Below are positions 9,843 through 17,970 of a stretch of 64,000 bases of DNA, in pieces (position 1 is the first letter of the stretch; each line of letters opens with the position of its first letter). The stretch is taken from contig CAXXVS010000002.1 in assembly GCA_963674755.2 (NCBI GenBank), positions 416,001 to 480,000 on the forward strand. The letters are read 5' to 3'. The notes beneath the pieces were generated by a model. That model saw only the letters and a list, made by a program, of their open reading frames with translations. It did not search any database and was not told the DNA's origin. The position numbers and the translations under genes are program-made. This DNA comes from Desulfobacterales bacterium. Lineage in GTDB: Bacteria > Desulfobacterota > Desulfobacteria > Desulfobacterales > UBA5852.

Positions 9843-11504
9843 ATGAAGGAAGGCCTGTATCGTAATCTGCAGCGCAAAATCATTATTTGGACCTTGCTGG
9901 TCTCCCTGGCGCCGTTGCTGATTTTGGGGGCGACGCTCTATTATCAATTCGAAAATACCTGTCGGGGGAAAACCAAAGAGCAGATCAGCTATCGGGCCCA
10001 GGCCCAGGCCGAAGCCCTTGATTTGTTTCTCAAGGAGCGCACCGCCATTCTGAATGCCATGGCGGACACCCATTCCTTCGAGCACATGATCGAAGAGAAA
10101 AACCTGGCGCGTATCTTCGACGTCATGAACGCCCGGGCCGGCGCTTTTGTGGATTTGGGCATTATCGACAGCCAGGGCAACCATCGGGCCTATATCGGCC
10201 CGTATGATCTCAGGGGCCGCAATTACCTCGACCAGGCCTGGTTCGACGAAGTTATGATCAAAGGGTATTATAAAAGCGACGTCTATATGGGCTTTCGCCA
10301 GCAGCCCCATTTCATCATTGCGGTGCGTCGGCACGAGAACCAGCAGGCCTGGATTCTGCGGGCCACCATCGATCCCAATCGCCTGGAGGAAATCGTGCGG
10401 TCGGCCCAGATCGGCCGCACCGGAGATGCCTATCTGGTGAATCGGGAGGGGATTTATCAGACCCGCCCGCGCTTCGGAGGCGATGTGCTCGGCAAAGCCA
10501 ATCTTGATACGGACCAATTCGGCGGGCGGGTCACGGTCATCGAAATAGAGGATCCCGACGGGGAAGAACGCCTCTACGCCGGCAGCTGGTTGAATGACAA
10601 CAAATGGCTGCTGGTCATCAACCAGCAGCCCCTGGAGCTTTTGTCGCGCCTTTTCGCCCTGCGCCAAATCGAGATCTTCATCATCTCCCTGGGCGTTGTG
10701 GGCATCGTGATAACGACGATTCTCACAACCCGGCTGGCCATCAATCGCTTGCGCAAAAACGATCAGGAGCTGGTCGAACTCAACGCCCAGCTGGTACAGT
10801 CGGACAAACTGGCTGCTTTGGGCAAAATGGCGGCCGGCGTGGCCCACGAGATCAACAACCCCCTGGCGGTCATTTTACAGAAAACAGGCTGGATGGAGGA
10901 CCTCCTGGAGGAAGAGGATTTTAGCCAAAGCGAAAATGCCGAAGAGTTCCGCGAATCGATTGCCAAAATCGAAGAACACGTTGAACGGGCGCGCAAGGTG
11001 GTCCATAATATGCTTGGGTATGCGCGCAAAATGGAGCCGCGTCTGGAAGACGTGGACGTGAACGACACTATCAACCAGACCGTTACCTTGCTCGAAAACC
11101 ATGCCCGCATCAACAATATCGATATCCAGGTGGATCTGGAGGAAAGCATACCGATTATTGCCAGTGACCAGGCCCAGCTCCAACAGGTCTTTTTGAACCT
11201 GCTCACCAATGCCATCGATGCCATCGGCAGCTCGGGTTCCATCGATGTGGTCAGCCGACGCGTCGATGACAGGATCGTGGTGAACATCAGCGATGACGGC
11301 CCGGGGCTCAGTGAAGAAGCGCTGCGCAAGATTTTCGACCCCTTTTACACCACGAAGGGGGCCGGCAAGGGAACCGGCCTGGGCCTGTGGGTGAGCCACA
11401 GCATTATCGAAAAAATGGGCGGCCGTATCAACGTGAAAAACAATAGCGACAAAGGCGCCACATTTACGGTGGGAATACCGATTGTGATTCCGGAAAAAAA
11501 ATAA
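9843..11504 (+). CDS. Membrane sensor histidine kinase (paralogue of 1533..3257)
   Basis: VAHEINNPL, NLLTNAIDA, DDGPG, FYTTK, GTGLGL; periplasmic region shares AYIGPY/SDVYMGFR/ILRATID motifs with the first kinase. Confidence 0.93.
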   Translation: MKEGLYRNLQRKIIIWTLLVSLAPLLILGATLYYQFENTCRGKTKEQISYRAQAQAEALDLFLKERTAILNAMADTHSFEHMIEEKNLARIFDVMNARAGAFVDLGIIDSQGNHRAYIGPYDLRGRNYLDQAWFDEVMIKGYYKSDVYMGFRQQPHFIIAVRRHENQQAWILRATIDPNRLEEIVRSAQIGRTGDAYLVNREGIYQTRPRFGGDVLGKANLDTDQFGGRVTVIEIEDPDGEERLYAGSWLNDNKWLLVINQQPLELLSRLFALRQIEIFIISLGVVGIVITTILTTRLAINRLRKNDQELVELNAQLVQSDKLAALGKMAAGVAHEINNPLAVILQKTGWMEDLLEEEDFSQSENAEEFRESIAKIEEHVERARKVVHNMLGYARKMEPRLEDVDVNDTINQTVTLLENHARINNIDIQVDLEESIPIIASDQAQLQQVFLNLLTNAIDAIGSSGSIDVVSRRVDDRIVVNISDDGPGLSEEALRKIFDPFYTTKGAGKGTGLGLWVSHSIIEKMGGRINVKNNSDKGATFTVGIPIVIPEKK

Positions 11505-11528
11505 ATCACCATTAAGGGGGAGGCCCAT

Positions 11529-11987
11529 ATGGATTACTTCAGCATATTGGTGGTGGACGACGAAACCGATTTTCTGGAAACGCTGGTCAAGCGTCTCCAA
11601 AAGCGCAACATCGATACGGTGGGCGTCACCAGCGGTGAAAAGGCCATCGAAACCATGGCGCACAAACGCTTCGACGTGGTGATTCTGGATATCAAAATGC
11701 CCGGCGGTATGGACGGTATCGAGACCCTGCGGGAAATCAAACGCCATCATCCCTTGACCGAAGTGCTTCTGCTGACCGGCCACGGGTCGGTGGAAACCAG
11801 TATCGAAGGAATGAAAATGGGGGCCTTCGACTACCTGCTAAAGCCCATTAAGCTGGAAGATCTGATGGTCAAGCTGGGCGAAGCTTTCGAAAAGAAGGAT
11901 GCCCACGAACAGAAAATCAGGAAGGCCCGAATCAAAGAGCTTATCCGTTTCCCCGGCCGGGTGTTTCAGCAGGATAAAGAAGAATAG
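11529..11987 (+). CDS. Stand-alone response regulator receiver (paralogue of 3342..3788)
   Basis: VVDDE, ILDIKMPG, LLTGH, LLKP; C-terminal EQKIRKARIKEL helix. Confidence 0.92.
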   Translation: MDYFSILVVDDETDFLETLVKRLQKRNIDTVGVTSGEKAIETMAHKRFDVVILDIKMPGGMDGIETLREIKRHHPLTEVLLLTGHGSVETSIEGMKMGAFDYLLKPIKLEDLMVKLGEAFEKKDAHEQKIRKARIKELIRFPGRVFQQDKEE

Positions 11988-12058
11988 CTTTGTTATAGAG
12001 CATTACTGCAGAGAACGACGGCGGAACGGGCCGTTCCCCGTGCGATTGCGCATGGATG

Positions 12059-12101
12059 CCGGTTGAAGGCGGGTTCCATAGGGACCTTCAACCGGTTTTT
12101 T
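12059..12101 (+). terminator. Intrinsic terminator ending the + strand cluster
   Basis: CCGGTTGAAGG / CCTTCAACCGG 11-bp stem followed by TTTTTT. Confidence 0.75.
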
Positions 12102-12243
12102 GCATTCCGGCCGAACCGGGTTAGCGTCTCGCGGTTTTTTTCGGAAGGCCGGCTGAAAATAGGCCTGTGTCACCTGATCAGCCGGCACCGCTTTCTTGGC
12201 GAGAGACTGCCCAACTACCTGGTCTGGCGCCTCGACACGGGAT

Positions 12244-12996
12244 TTAGGCGCTTTGAAACTTGCTCTTGTAGGCCTGGTAGATGATATCCACGGCCCATTC
12301 GGGTTTGTTGATGAAGTCACAATTGATGACCAGATCGAATTCGTAGGCCGAAGCATCCTTCTTGCCGAAGGCCCGCTGGAAAAACCGCCGTTGTTCCTTG
12401 TCGGCTTCGTCGAGCTCCTTTTGGGCGCTATCTGCCGATATCCCCAGGATATCCGCTACCCGCTTGACGCGATATTCGCGGGAGCTGATGCAGCGCACGG
12501 CCAGAATCCGCTCCCGGGGCAGGATCAGATGGGAGCCGCGTCCCACAAAAATGGTGGGCTCGGCTTCGGCCAGACTCAAGACCGCACTGGCCAGCTTGCG
12601 CATATAATCCCCCATGACAAACGACTTCTCGCCGAACAGAAACGCGCCGATCTGGTTGATTTGGCCGGGATGGCGCTCGTCGAAGAACTTCACGGTTTTA
12701 TTGCCGAGGTCCGCGTCTTCGGCGATTTTTTCGATGATCATGCGGTCGGCGACCCGCTGCCCGGTTTTCTTTGCGAGCAGTTCGGCAATTTCCAGAGCGC
12801 CGACACCGATTTTACGTGAAAAGCAGATGGTCGGTGCCAAAACGGTACCGGCCGAGGTCTGCGCGCTGGACCGCCGTTTCTGCTCCTCTTTTTGTTCCAG
12901 CTGGCGTACGAAGTGCTGGGCGCGTTGAGCCGTGTCGGGTCTTTTTTGGGCATGGGTGCCCGGAAGGTAGCGGCTGCCCGCAACAGTCTTGGTCAT
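12244..12996 (-). CDS. Cytidylate kinase-like family protein
   Basis: TICFSRKIGVGALEIA degenerate P-loop, IFVGRG, DKEQRRF, FDLVIN; RBS GGAGGTG before MTKTV. Confidence 0.85.
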   Translation of the reverse strand: MTKTVAGSRYLPGTHAQKRPDTAQRAQHFVRQLEQKEEQKRRSSAQTSAGTVLAPTICFSRKIGVGALEIAELLAKKTGQRVADRMIIEKIAEDADLGNKTVKFFDERHPGQINQIGAFLFGEKSFVMGDYMRKLASAVLSLAEAEPTIFVGRGSHLILPRERILAVRCISSREYRVKRVADILGISADSAQKELDEADKEQRRFFQRAFGKKDASAYEFDLVINCDFINKPEWAVDIIYQAYKSKFQSA

Positions 12997-13081
12997 GACA
13001 CACCTCCGTCGTTGGTTTGACATGGCTGGGGCGACATCCCTCCAGCAACGTTTGATCGGCAATGATTCTGACGATTTGGAA

Positions 13082-13097
13082 TGCATGAAACATGCCG
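13082..13097 (-). promoter_or_regulatory. sigma54 promoter for the cytidylate kinase-like gene
   Basis: Minus strand reads CGGCATGTTTCATGCA (GG-N10-GC); AT-rich tract directly upstream. Confidence 0.65.
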
Positions 13098-13200
13098 AAT
13101 CAAAAGAATAAAAACACAAGTAAAAACAATCGGATAAAAAGCAAATCATGGCTGCGCCAAGCGGTTTTGGGCATGGTTTAGAAGAATTGCCACCCCGGGA

Positions 13201-13216
13201 TTCGCGAAATTGCGAA
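13201..13216. promoter_or_regulatory. Candidate enhancer (UAS) palindrome TTCGCG-AAAT-TGCGAA
   Basis: 14/16 identical to the palindrome at 25625-25640; both lie about 90-105 bp upstream of a sigma54 site. Confidence 0.6.
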
Positions 13217-13433
13217 GATGCGGACGACATGGCGATATTGTTGAAAAGATCAACCGCAAAGGGGCCTCTTTAAAAGACGGCCTTGGCGGCATGCGGTCTG
13301 GGCTGACGTGGTTACCAGGCTGTGGATAACCAAGAGATCGAAAGGCAAGGCGTCGTCTGCTGCGAAAAGCGCCGCAACCATCAAGGTTGCCGCACCGTTT
13401 CGCGAGGGCGGGATTCACTTTGTCCACGATCTG

Positions 13434-14324
13434 CTATGCCGTCTGGCAGGGATGGTGGAGGAGATAATCTTCCAGCGCCGTGAGCCCCGTCAAACGGATG
13501 CGGCTGAGCGGGAAGCGTCTGAGCGGATACGTCTTCAGCGTTTGGGTAAGGCCATCCTGGACAGTCTGCGGGTCGCATTTGTTGAGAATCAGACGCGTCA
13601 CCGTCATGTCGATGTCTTTCAGCTTACGGCAGATACGTTCGGTTTCGGAACGGGACAGGGGATCGTTGTTGAGGACGAGGTTGATATCGGTTGCGGCGGC
13701 CGTAAAAAGACGTCGATGCCGGCCGCTGTCTTCAATCAGGGTTTGCAGTCGATCGCGCACTTTATCCTGCTCGATCTCGATGGATTTCAGTTTGATTTTC
13801 GAGACGATTGCTTTCTTGGCATAGATGCGGGTTCGGAGGTCCAGCAATTCCTTCAGCCACAGGCAGGTGATGCTCGGCAGGGAGAAAAAACGCAGGGTCA
13901 ACGCGGTGGGCGGCATATCGAAAAGAATATCGTCCATGTGGGCGTTGCGGCGCACCGTATCGTCAAAGGCCAGCAGGAGGGCATGTTCTTCCAGCCCGGG
14001 GGCAAATTTGAGGACGTTGAAGTGGCGCTGGAGGTTGAAGGCACTCTGATAGGCATAGGCTTTTTTGAGAAGCGCGCTGCTTTCCTTGAGATAGTCTTGC
14101 ACCCACCGATCGACGTCGATTTCCCGGACCACCAAACGCGGACGCACCAGCGTCGGCTTTTCCGCAAAGGCCGTCTCAAAGATGTCGCGCTGGTTGTGGG
14201 CGGGATCCAGGGACACCAGAAGGGTGCGATGGCCGGACTGGGCCAGGTGGAGGGCCGTCAGAGCGGATGTGGTCGATTTCCCGACACCGCCTTTGCCGAT
14301 AAAAAAATGCAGACCGGTCGACAT
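13434..14324 (-). CDS. ArsA/GET3-family ATPase, single domain, CstA-associated type
   Basis: GKGGVGKST P-loop, SLDPAHN switch I, APGLEE, DMPPT switch II variant, ETER, LILNK. Confidence 0.9.
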   Translation of the reverse strand: MSTGLHFFIGKGGVGKSTTSALTALHLAQSGHRTLLVSLDPAHNQRDIFETAFAEKPTLVRPRLVVREIDVDRWVQDYLKESSALLKKAYAYQSAFNLQRHFNVLKFAPGLEEHALLLAFDDTVRRNAHMDDILFDMPPTALTLRFFSLPSITCLWLKELLDLRTRIYAKKAIVSKIKLKSIEIEQDKVRDRLQTLIEDSGRHRRLFTAAATDINLVLNNDPLSRSETERICRKLKDIDMTVTRLILNKCDPQTVQDGLTQTLKTYPLRRFPLSRIRLTGLTALEDYLLHHPCQTA

Positions 14325-14333
14325 GTTACCTCA

Positions 14334-14612
14334 TCAGTCGATGGAGAGAACGGAAAAAAGATTCCCCAGGGGATCATGGGCCGTTAGAACGCGTTCCAGC
14401 ACGAGATCCAGCTCATCGGTCATCAGCGGCAGCAACGCCATGCTGACATGGACGGGGGGCGAAGGGATGCCCAGAAAGGCCCCTAAAACAAGGACACCGA
14501 AGATGTTGTCGAGTTCTTCGATCTCGTAGGCGATGGTCTCAACCGCCTTGGCCCGCATAACGGCATCGGCGCTTTCCCACAAGGACCGCAGCCACATGTG
14601 CATTCCGGCCAT
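14334..14612 (-). CDS. Small CstA/ArsA-associated protein (resembles cory-CC-star-type proteins but lacks the terminal CC)
   Basis: EIEELDNIFGVLVLGAFLGIPSPP...LLP motif; immediately upstream of the ArsA ATPase. Confidence 0.72.
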   Translation of the reverse strand: MAGMHMWLRSLWESADAVMRAKAVETIAYEIEELDNIFGVLVLGAFLGIPSPPVHVSMALLPLMTDELDLVLERVLTAHDPLGNLFSVLSID

Positions 14613-14628
14613 GGTTTGTTCTCCGGTG

Positions 14629-15117
14629 CTAGCGGCCTTCGGCCGAATTATGAATGACCCGCAAGGGAGGGGCTTTCACCGCACCGGCGGCCACGCGAAA
14701 CAGCCGGCGATCGAGCGCCAATCGGTTTCGGGAGGGGAAGGTGCTGTACACGGCATACAGGGCCGTCAACAGGCTGCCTGCCCGGTAGAACAGGGGCGCG
14801 GCGAGCATATCGGTTCCCATGGCCAGTGCCAGGGAGGCCATCCCGATCAAGATCAAATGGCGTTCGAAGCGCATGAACACGTCAGGATCGATGCGGCTTC
14901 GGTTGCGACAGACGAACGCAAAATAGGACCGGTAGAGAATCGGACCGGCCAGACCGCATACGGCGGCAAGGATGAAAACGAGCGGGCCCCAGGGCAGCGG
15001 CCCGGAGGGCGATGGCAGGGCGCCGTCGGTCAGATGGCGTGCGATGCGCCCGGCGGCCCATAGCACGACAATGGCGGCGGCCCATCGGGCATAAAAAGTT
15101 TTGAGACGATGTTCCAT
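14629..15117 (-). CDS. Hypothetical membrane protein (about 4 TM; the ORF can extend to 15153)
   Basis: Hydrophobic segments; tightly packed in the operon between the FBPA/P homologue and the small protein. Confidence 0.6.
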   Translation of the reverse strand: MEHRLKTFYARWAAAIVVLWAAGRIARHLTDGALPSPSGPLPWGPLVFILAAVCGLAGPILYRSYFAFVCRNRSRIDPDVFMRFERHLILIGMASLALAMGTDMLAAPLFYRAGSLLTALYAVYSTFPSRNRLALDRRLFRVAAGAVKAPPLRVIHNSAEGR

Positions 15118-15149
15118 GGCCGATTGGTTTCCTTTACCTGGGCGTTTTT

Positions 15150-16262
15150 TCAACTGGTTTGCAGTTTGCGGGTGATAAAACGATCGTCCAATTCCCGGGC
15201 GATTTTGATGATATCACTGCTGGAAAGCTCGTCGAACGCCAGCATGGCGTTGCCGAAAAAGCCCTGGCGTCGGATGGCGAGCGTCTTTTCCGCAATTTCG
15301 TGGGACATATGATCCCAGAACGGGTGATCGAAAAGGTCGACGGCCTGGCTGAGATGCCCCTGCTTGACGGAGTAAGCCGCCCCCGAAACCACCGGGGGCC
15401 CGTCGAAATAGGCGACCCCCGTGTTGCGGCGCACCGGGAGCAGCGCTCCGGAGTGGCTGCCCCGCAAAAAGCCCGGTACGAAGGGACCGATGGCATAAGG
15501 CGCCAAAATTTCACCACTGGACGGGAAATGATCCTGGACGCGTACGATGGCCACGGGATCGTCCTGGCCGGTGATGAATCCGGCCACATTGTGGACCCGG
15601 GTCGTGCTGACCGAAACGGCCTGGTCGTCGTTGGTGCGCGAAAAGATGGCTTCCACACTGAAGCGCTCCGGGTTGCGCAGCAAGGCGGCCATGTCATAGA
15701 GATCTTCCGGCGCTTCCAGGCTCACCACCCGGTCATGGGCGGCATAGTGGACATCCATGATGACGAAACGGAAGCCGCGGTGCAATTTCTTGGAAAGGAA
15801 CAGGCCCGAACAGGTCATGGGATCGGCAAAGGACAGATAGAGCGGAAGATTGAAAGCCCCCGGACGGGTCTTGTCGGCTGCCAGAACGAGGAAGGCTTCG
15901 TTGGGGCGCTCTTCGAAAGACAGCTCGGCAATGCTCGGTCCCAACCCCTTGACGGCGCCTGAAAAGGCGTCCCGGAAAAGATCCTGGCCCGCCCCGTAAA
16001 GGCCTTCTTCGGCCGCCTGGCGCGCGCCGCTGTGCAGGGCCTCCATCAAGCCGGCATGGATCGCGGGATCGTTGCACGGTTTGTCATGGGTGGCCACGAT
16101 GGTGATGTCATCGCCTGTGAAACTCACGTCGGCATCGATCAAAAGGGTGGCCAGATCGTTGTGTACATAATCGTCAACGGCCTGGCGGACCCGGGCGCTG
16201 GGCTGCAGGTGGCCGCCGATGCCGCCCAGGTCGGCGCGAAAAGCACTGATGGTGGTTTTCAC
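15150..16262 (-). CDS. Class V fructose-1,6-bisphosphate aldolase/phosphatase homologue with substituted catalytic residues
   Basis: ADLGGIGGH, GDD, LYGAGQDL, ADKTRPGAFNLPL, DDPV, RGSH, FDGPP family motifs; GFITGQDD replaces GxYVGKDD and ELSS replaces E(M/L)EY. Confidence 0.88.
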   Translation of the reverse strand: MKTTISAFRADLGGIGGHLQPSARVRQAVDDYVHNDLATLLIDADVSFTGDDITIVATHDKPCNDPAIHAGLMEALHSGARQAAEEGLYGAGQDLFRDAFSGAVKGLGPSIAELSFEERPNEAFLVLAADKTRPGAFNLPLYLSFADPMTCSGLFLSKKLHRGFRFVIMDVHYAAHDRVVSLEAPEDLYDMAALLRNPERFSVEAIFSRTNDDQAVSVSTTRVHNVAGFITGQDDPVAIVRVQDHFPSSGEILAPYAIGPFVPGFLRGSHSGALLPVRRNTGVAYFDGPPVVSGAAYSVKQGHLSQAVDLFDHPFWDHMSHEIAEKTLAIRRQGFFGNAMLAFDELSSSDIIKIARELDDRFITRKLQTS

Positions 16263-16278
16263 TTTTCAGGTCCCTTTC

Positions 16279-17442
16279 TCAATAGAGAAACATGGGTTTG
16301 CCCTCGATCCGGCCAATGTGGGGCCGGTAGGCTTGCGCGTCGTAAAAAGCATCCACATCGACGCGTTTGACCGTGCCGCTGATATCATCCAGGGAAACGT
16401 CCGTGTAGCGTCCCTTCTGCAGCGCCACCATGCGGCCGGTCTGCCCCTTATCGATCAGCTCGATGGCCAGGTTGGCGAAGTTGCGGGCCACCATCAGGTC
16501 CAGCGAATCCGGCGAGCCGCTGCGCATCAGGTAGAACAAGGGCTGATAGATAATGCCGATGCCGGTCAACTCTTTGATGACCTCAGACGTCCAGGCCCCG
16601 ATGCCGCCTAACTTGCGGTGGCCGAAGGCGTCGGCCCGGCCCCTGAGGAACATGTCGCCCCCGGACGCTGTGGCCCCCTCGCTGATGGTCAGCATGGCGT
16701 AGCGGCTGGGGTTGGCACGGCGGTCTTCTTCCAAAAAACGCGCCAGACGTTCGGGATCGAAGGGCACTTCCGAGATGATGGCCCGGTCGGCCCCGGACAG
16801 ATAGGCGGCGATCAGCGATGTCTCTCCGCAATAGCGCCCGAAGAGTTCCACCACGGCGATGCGTTCGTGTGAGCCGCTGGACGTCCGCAGGGCATGAATA
16901 AAGTCGACGCTGCGCGTAATGGCGGTGGAAAAGCCGATGCAGTAATCCGTGCCGACCACATCGTTATCCATGGTTTTGGGAATCGCCAGAACCGGAAACC
17001 CTTCCTGGTGCAATCGGGCGCCAAAGGAAAGCGTATCGTCGCCGCCGATCGGTATCAGGATGTCGATGGCCAGGTGGGCCAGATTGCGGATCACATGGTC
17101 GGTAAAGTCCTCCTTCTGCTCTTGGGAAGCGTAGCGGTCCTGCAGGCCTGGTGGAGCCTCACTATAGGGGACCGCGCCGGGATTGGTGCGTGAGGTATGC
17201 AGAATCGTGCCGCCCGAGCGGTCGATGGTGCGAACCTTATCCGGTGTCAGCCGCTGAAGGTGGCGCTCGGACGAAGCGGGGTCCTGGTGATCATAGGCCA
17301 AAAGGCCATGCCAGCCCCGGCGAATACCCACGACGGCATAGCCGGACCGGGTGGCTCGCATGACCAGCTCTTTGATACAGGGATTGAGTCCGGGCACATC
17401 ACCGCCGCCGGTCAATATGGCAATGGTTTTTGGGGGGGGCAT
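16279..17442 (-). CDS. PfkA-family 6-phosphofructokinase, PPi-dependent signature
   Basis: [25 protein letters not shown] (Asp at the 104-equivalent position), PKTMDND (Lys at the 124-equivalent position). Confidence 0.88.
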   Translation of the reverse strand: MPPPKTIAILTGGGDVPGLNPCIKELVMRATRSGYAVVGIRRGWHGLLAYDHQDPASSERHLQRLTPDKVRTIDRSGGTILHTSRTNPGAVPYSEAPPGLQDRYASQEQKEDFTDHVIRNLAHLAIDILIPIGGDDTLSFGARLHQEGFPVLAIPKTMDNDVVGTDYCIGFSTAITRSVDFIHALRTSSGSHERIAVVELFGRYCGETSLIAAYLSGADRAIISEVPFDPERLARFLEEDRRANPSRYAMLTISEGATASGGDMFLRGRADAFGHRKLGGIGAWTSEVIKELTGIGIIYQPLFYLMRSGSPDSLDLMVARNFANLAIELIDKGQTGRMVALQKGRYTDVSLDDISGTVKRVDVDAFYDAQAYRPHIGRIEGKPMFLY

Positions 17443-17536
17443 GATGCTTTTCTCCTTTGTCAGCCGGCGGGCATTCTTGCGATGCCTTTTCCGGGGTTAC
17501 GCCCGCTGGCGCTGCGGGGGGCCGGAGGTGGCGCCC

Positions 17537-17833
17537 CTAATCGAGCGACACGACCAGCAGGTTGTTCGTTGTCCCGAAAGAATTGGGCACCTTGTGACCG
17601 TTGCGTGGATCCTCCTGATAGCGGCCATCGATCCAGAACTTGTATTCGTAGTGCCCCGGCGGGAGGATCAGGGCCTTGTTCCAGCGGCCGCCACCTGAAT
17701 GACGCATGGGGTGCCGCTTGGGGTCCCAGTCGTTGAAGGTCCCCACCACGGCCACATCCTGGGCTTCGGGAGCATCGCAATAGAAGATCACCCTGCGGCG
17801 TTTCGGTATCGTTTTGGAATGCGCCTTGGACAT
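17537..17833 (-). CDS. Stand-alone CBM48 / AMPK-beta-type glycogen-binding protein
   Basis: APEAQDVAVVGTFNDW...W...LPPGHYEYKFWIDG...DP...NSFGTTNN. Confidence 0.88.
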   Translation of the reverse strand: MSKAHSKTIPKRRRVIFYCDAPEAQDVAVVGTFNDWDPKRHPMRHSGGGRWNKALILPPGHYEYKFWIDGRYQEDPRNGHKVPNSFGTTNNLLVVSLD

Positions 17834-17970
17834 GATGTTTTCTCCTCTTTCTTGCTATCCGACCGTGCCGATCGAGGGCTCACGGCCGGCGGTCGGATAC
17901 CGGCCGTGCAAGCGTGCGCCCTGGATGATGGCCGTGAGGACGGGCGCGGCTTTCCATCAATTCCCCCGGG

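Noticed and set aside
13434..14324. Arsenic-resistance arsA
   Set aside because: Single domain, no arsB/acr3/arsC/arsD/arsR nearby; the context is cstA.
14328..14345. Selenocysteine read-through at the end of the CstA-associated small protein
   Set aside because: It ends in tandem TGA TGA right before the ArsA start, with no Cys motif and no evident SECIS.
17852..17871. Additional sigma54 promoter upstream of the CBM48 gene (GGCACG...GC)
   Set aside because: GG-to-GC spacing is 12, not the required 10.
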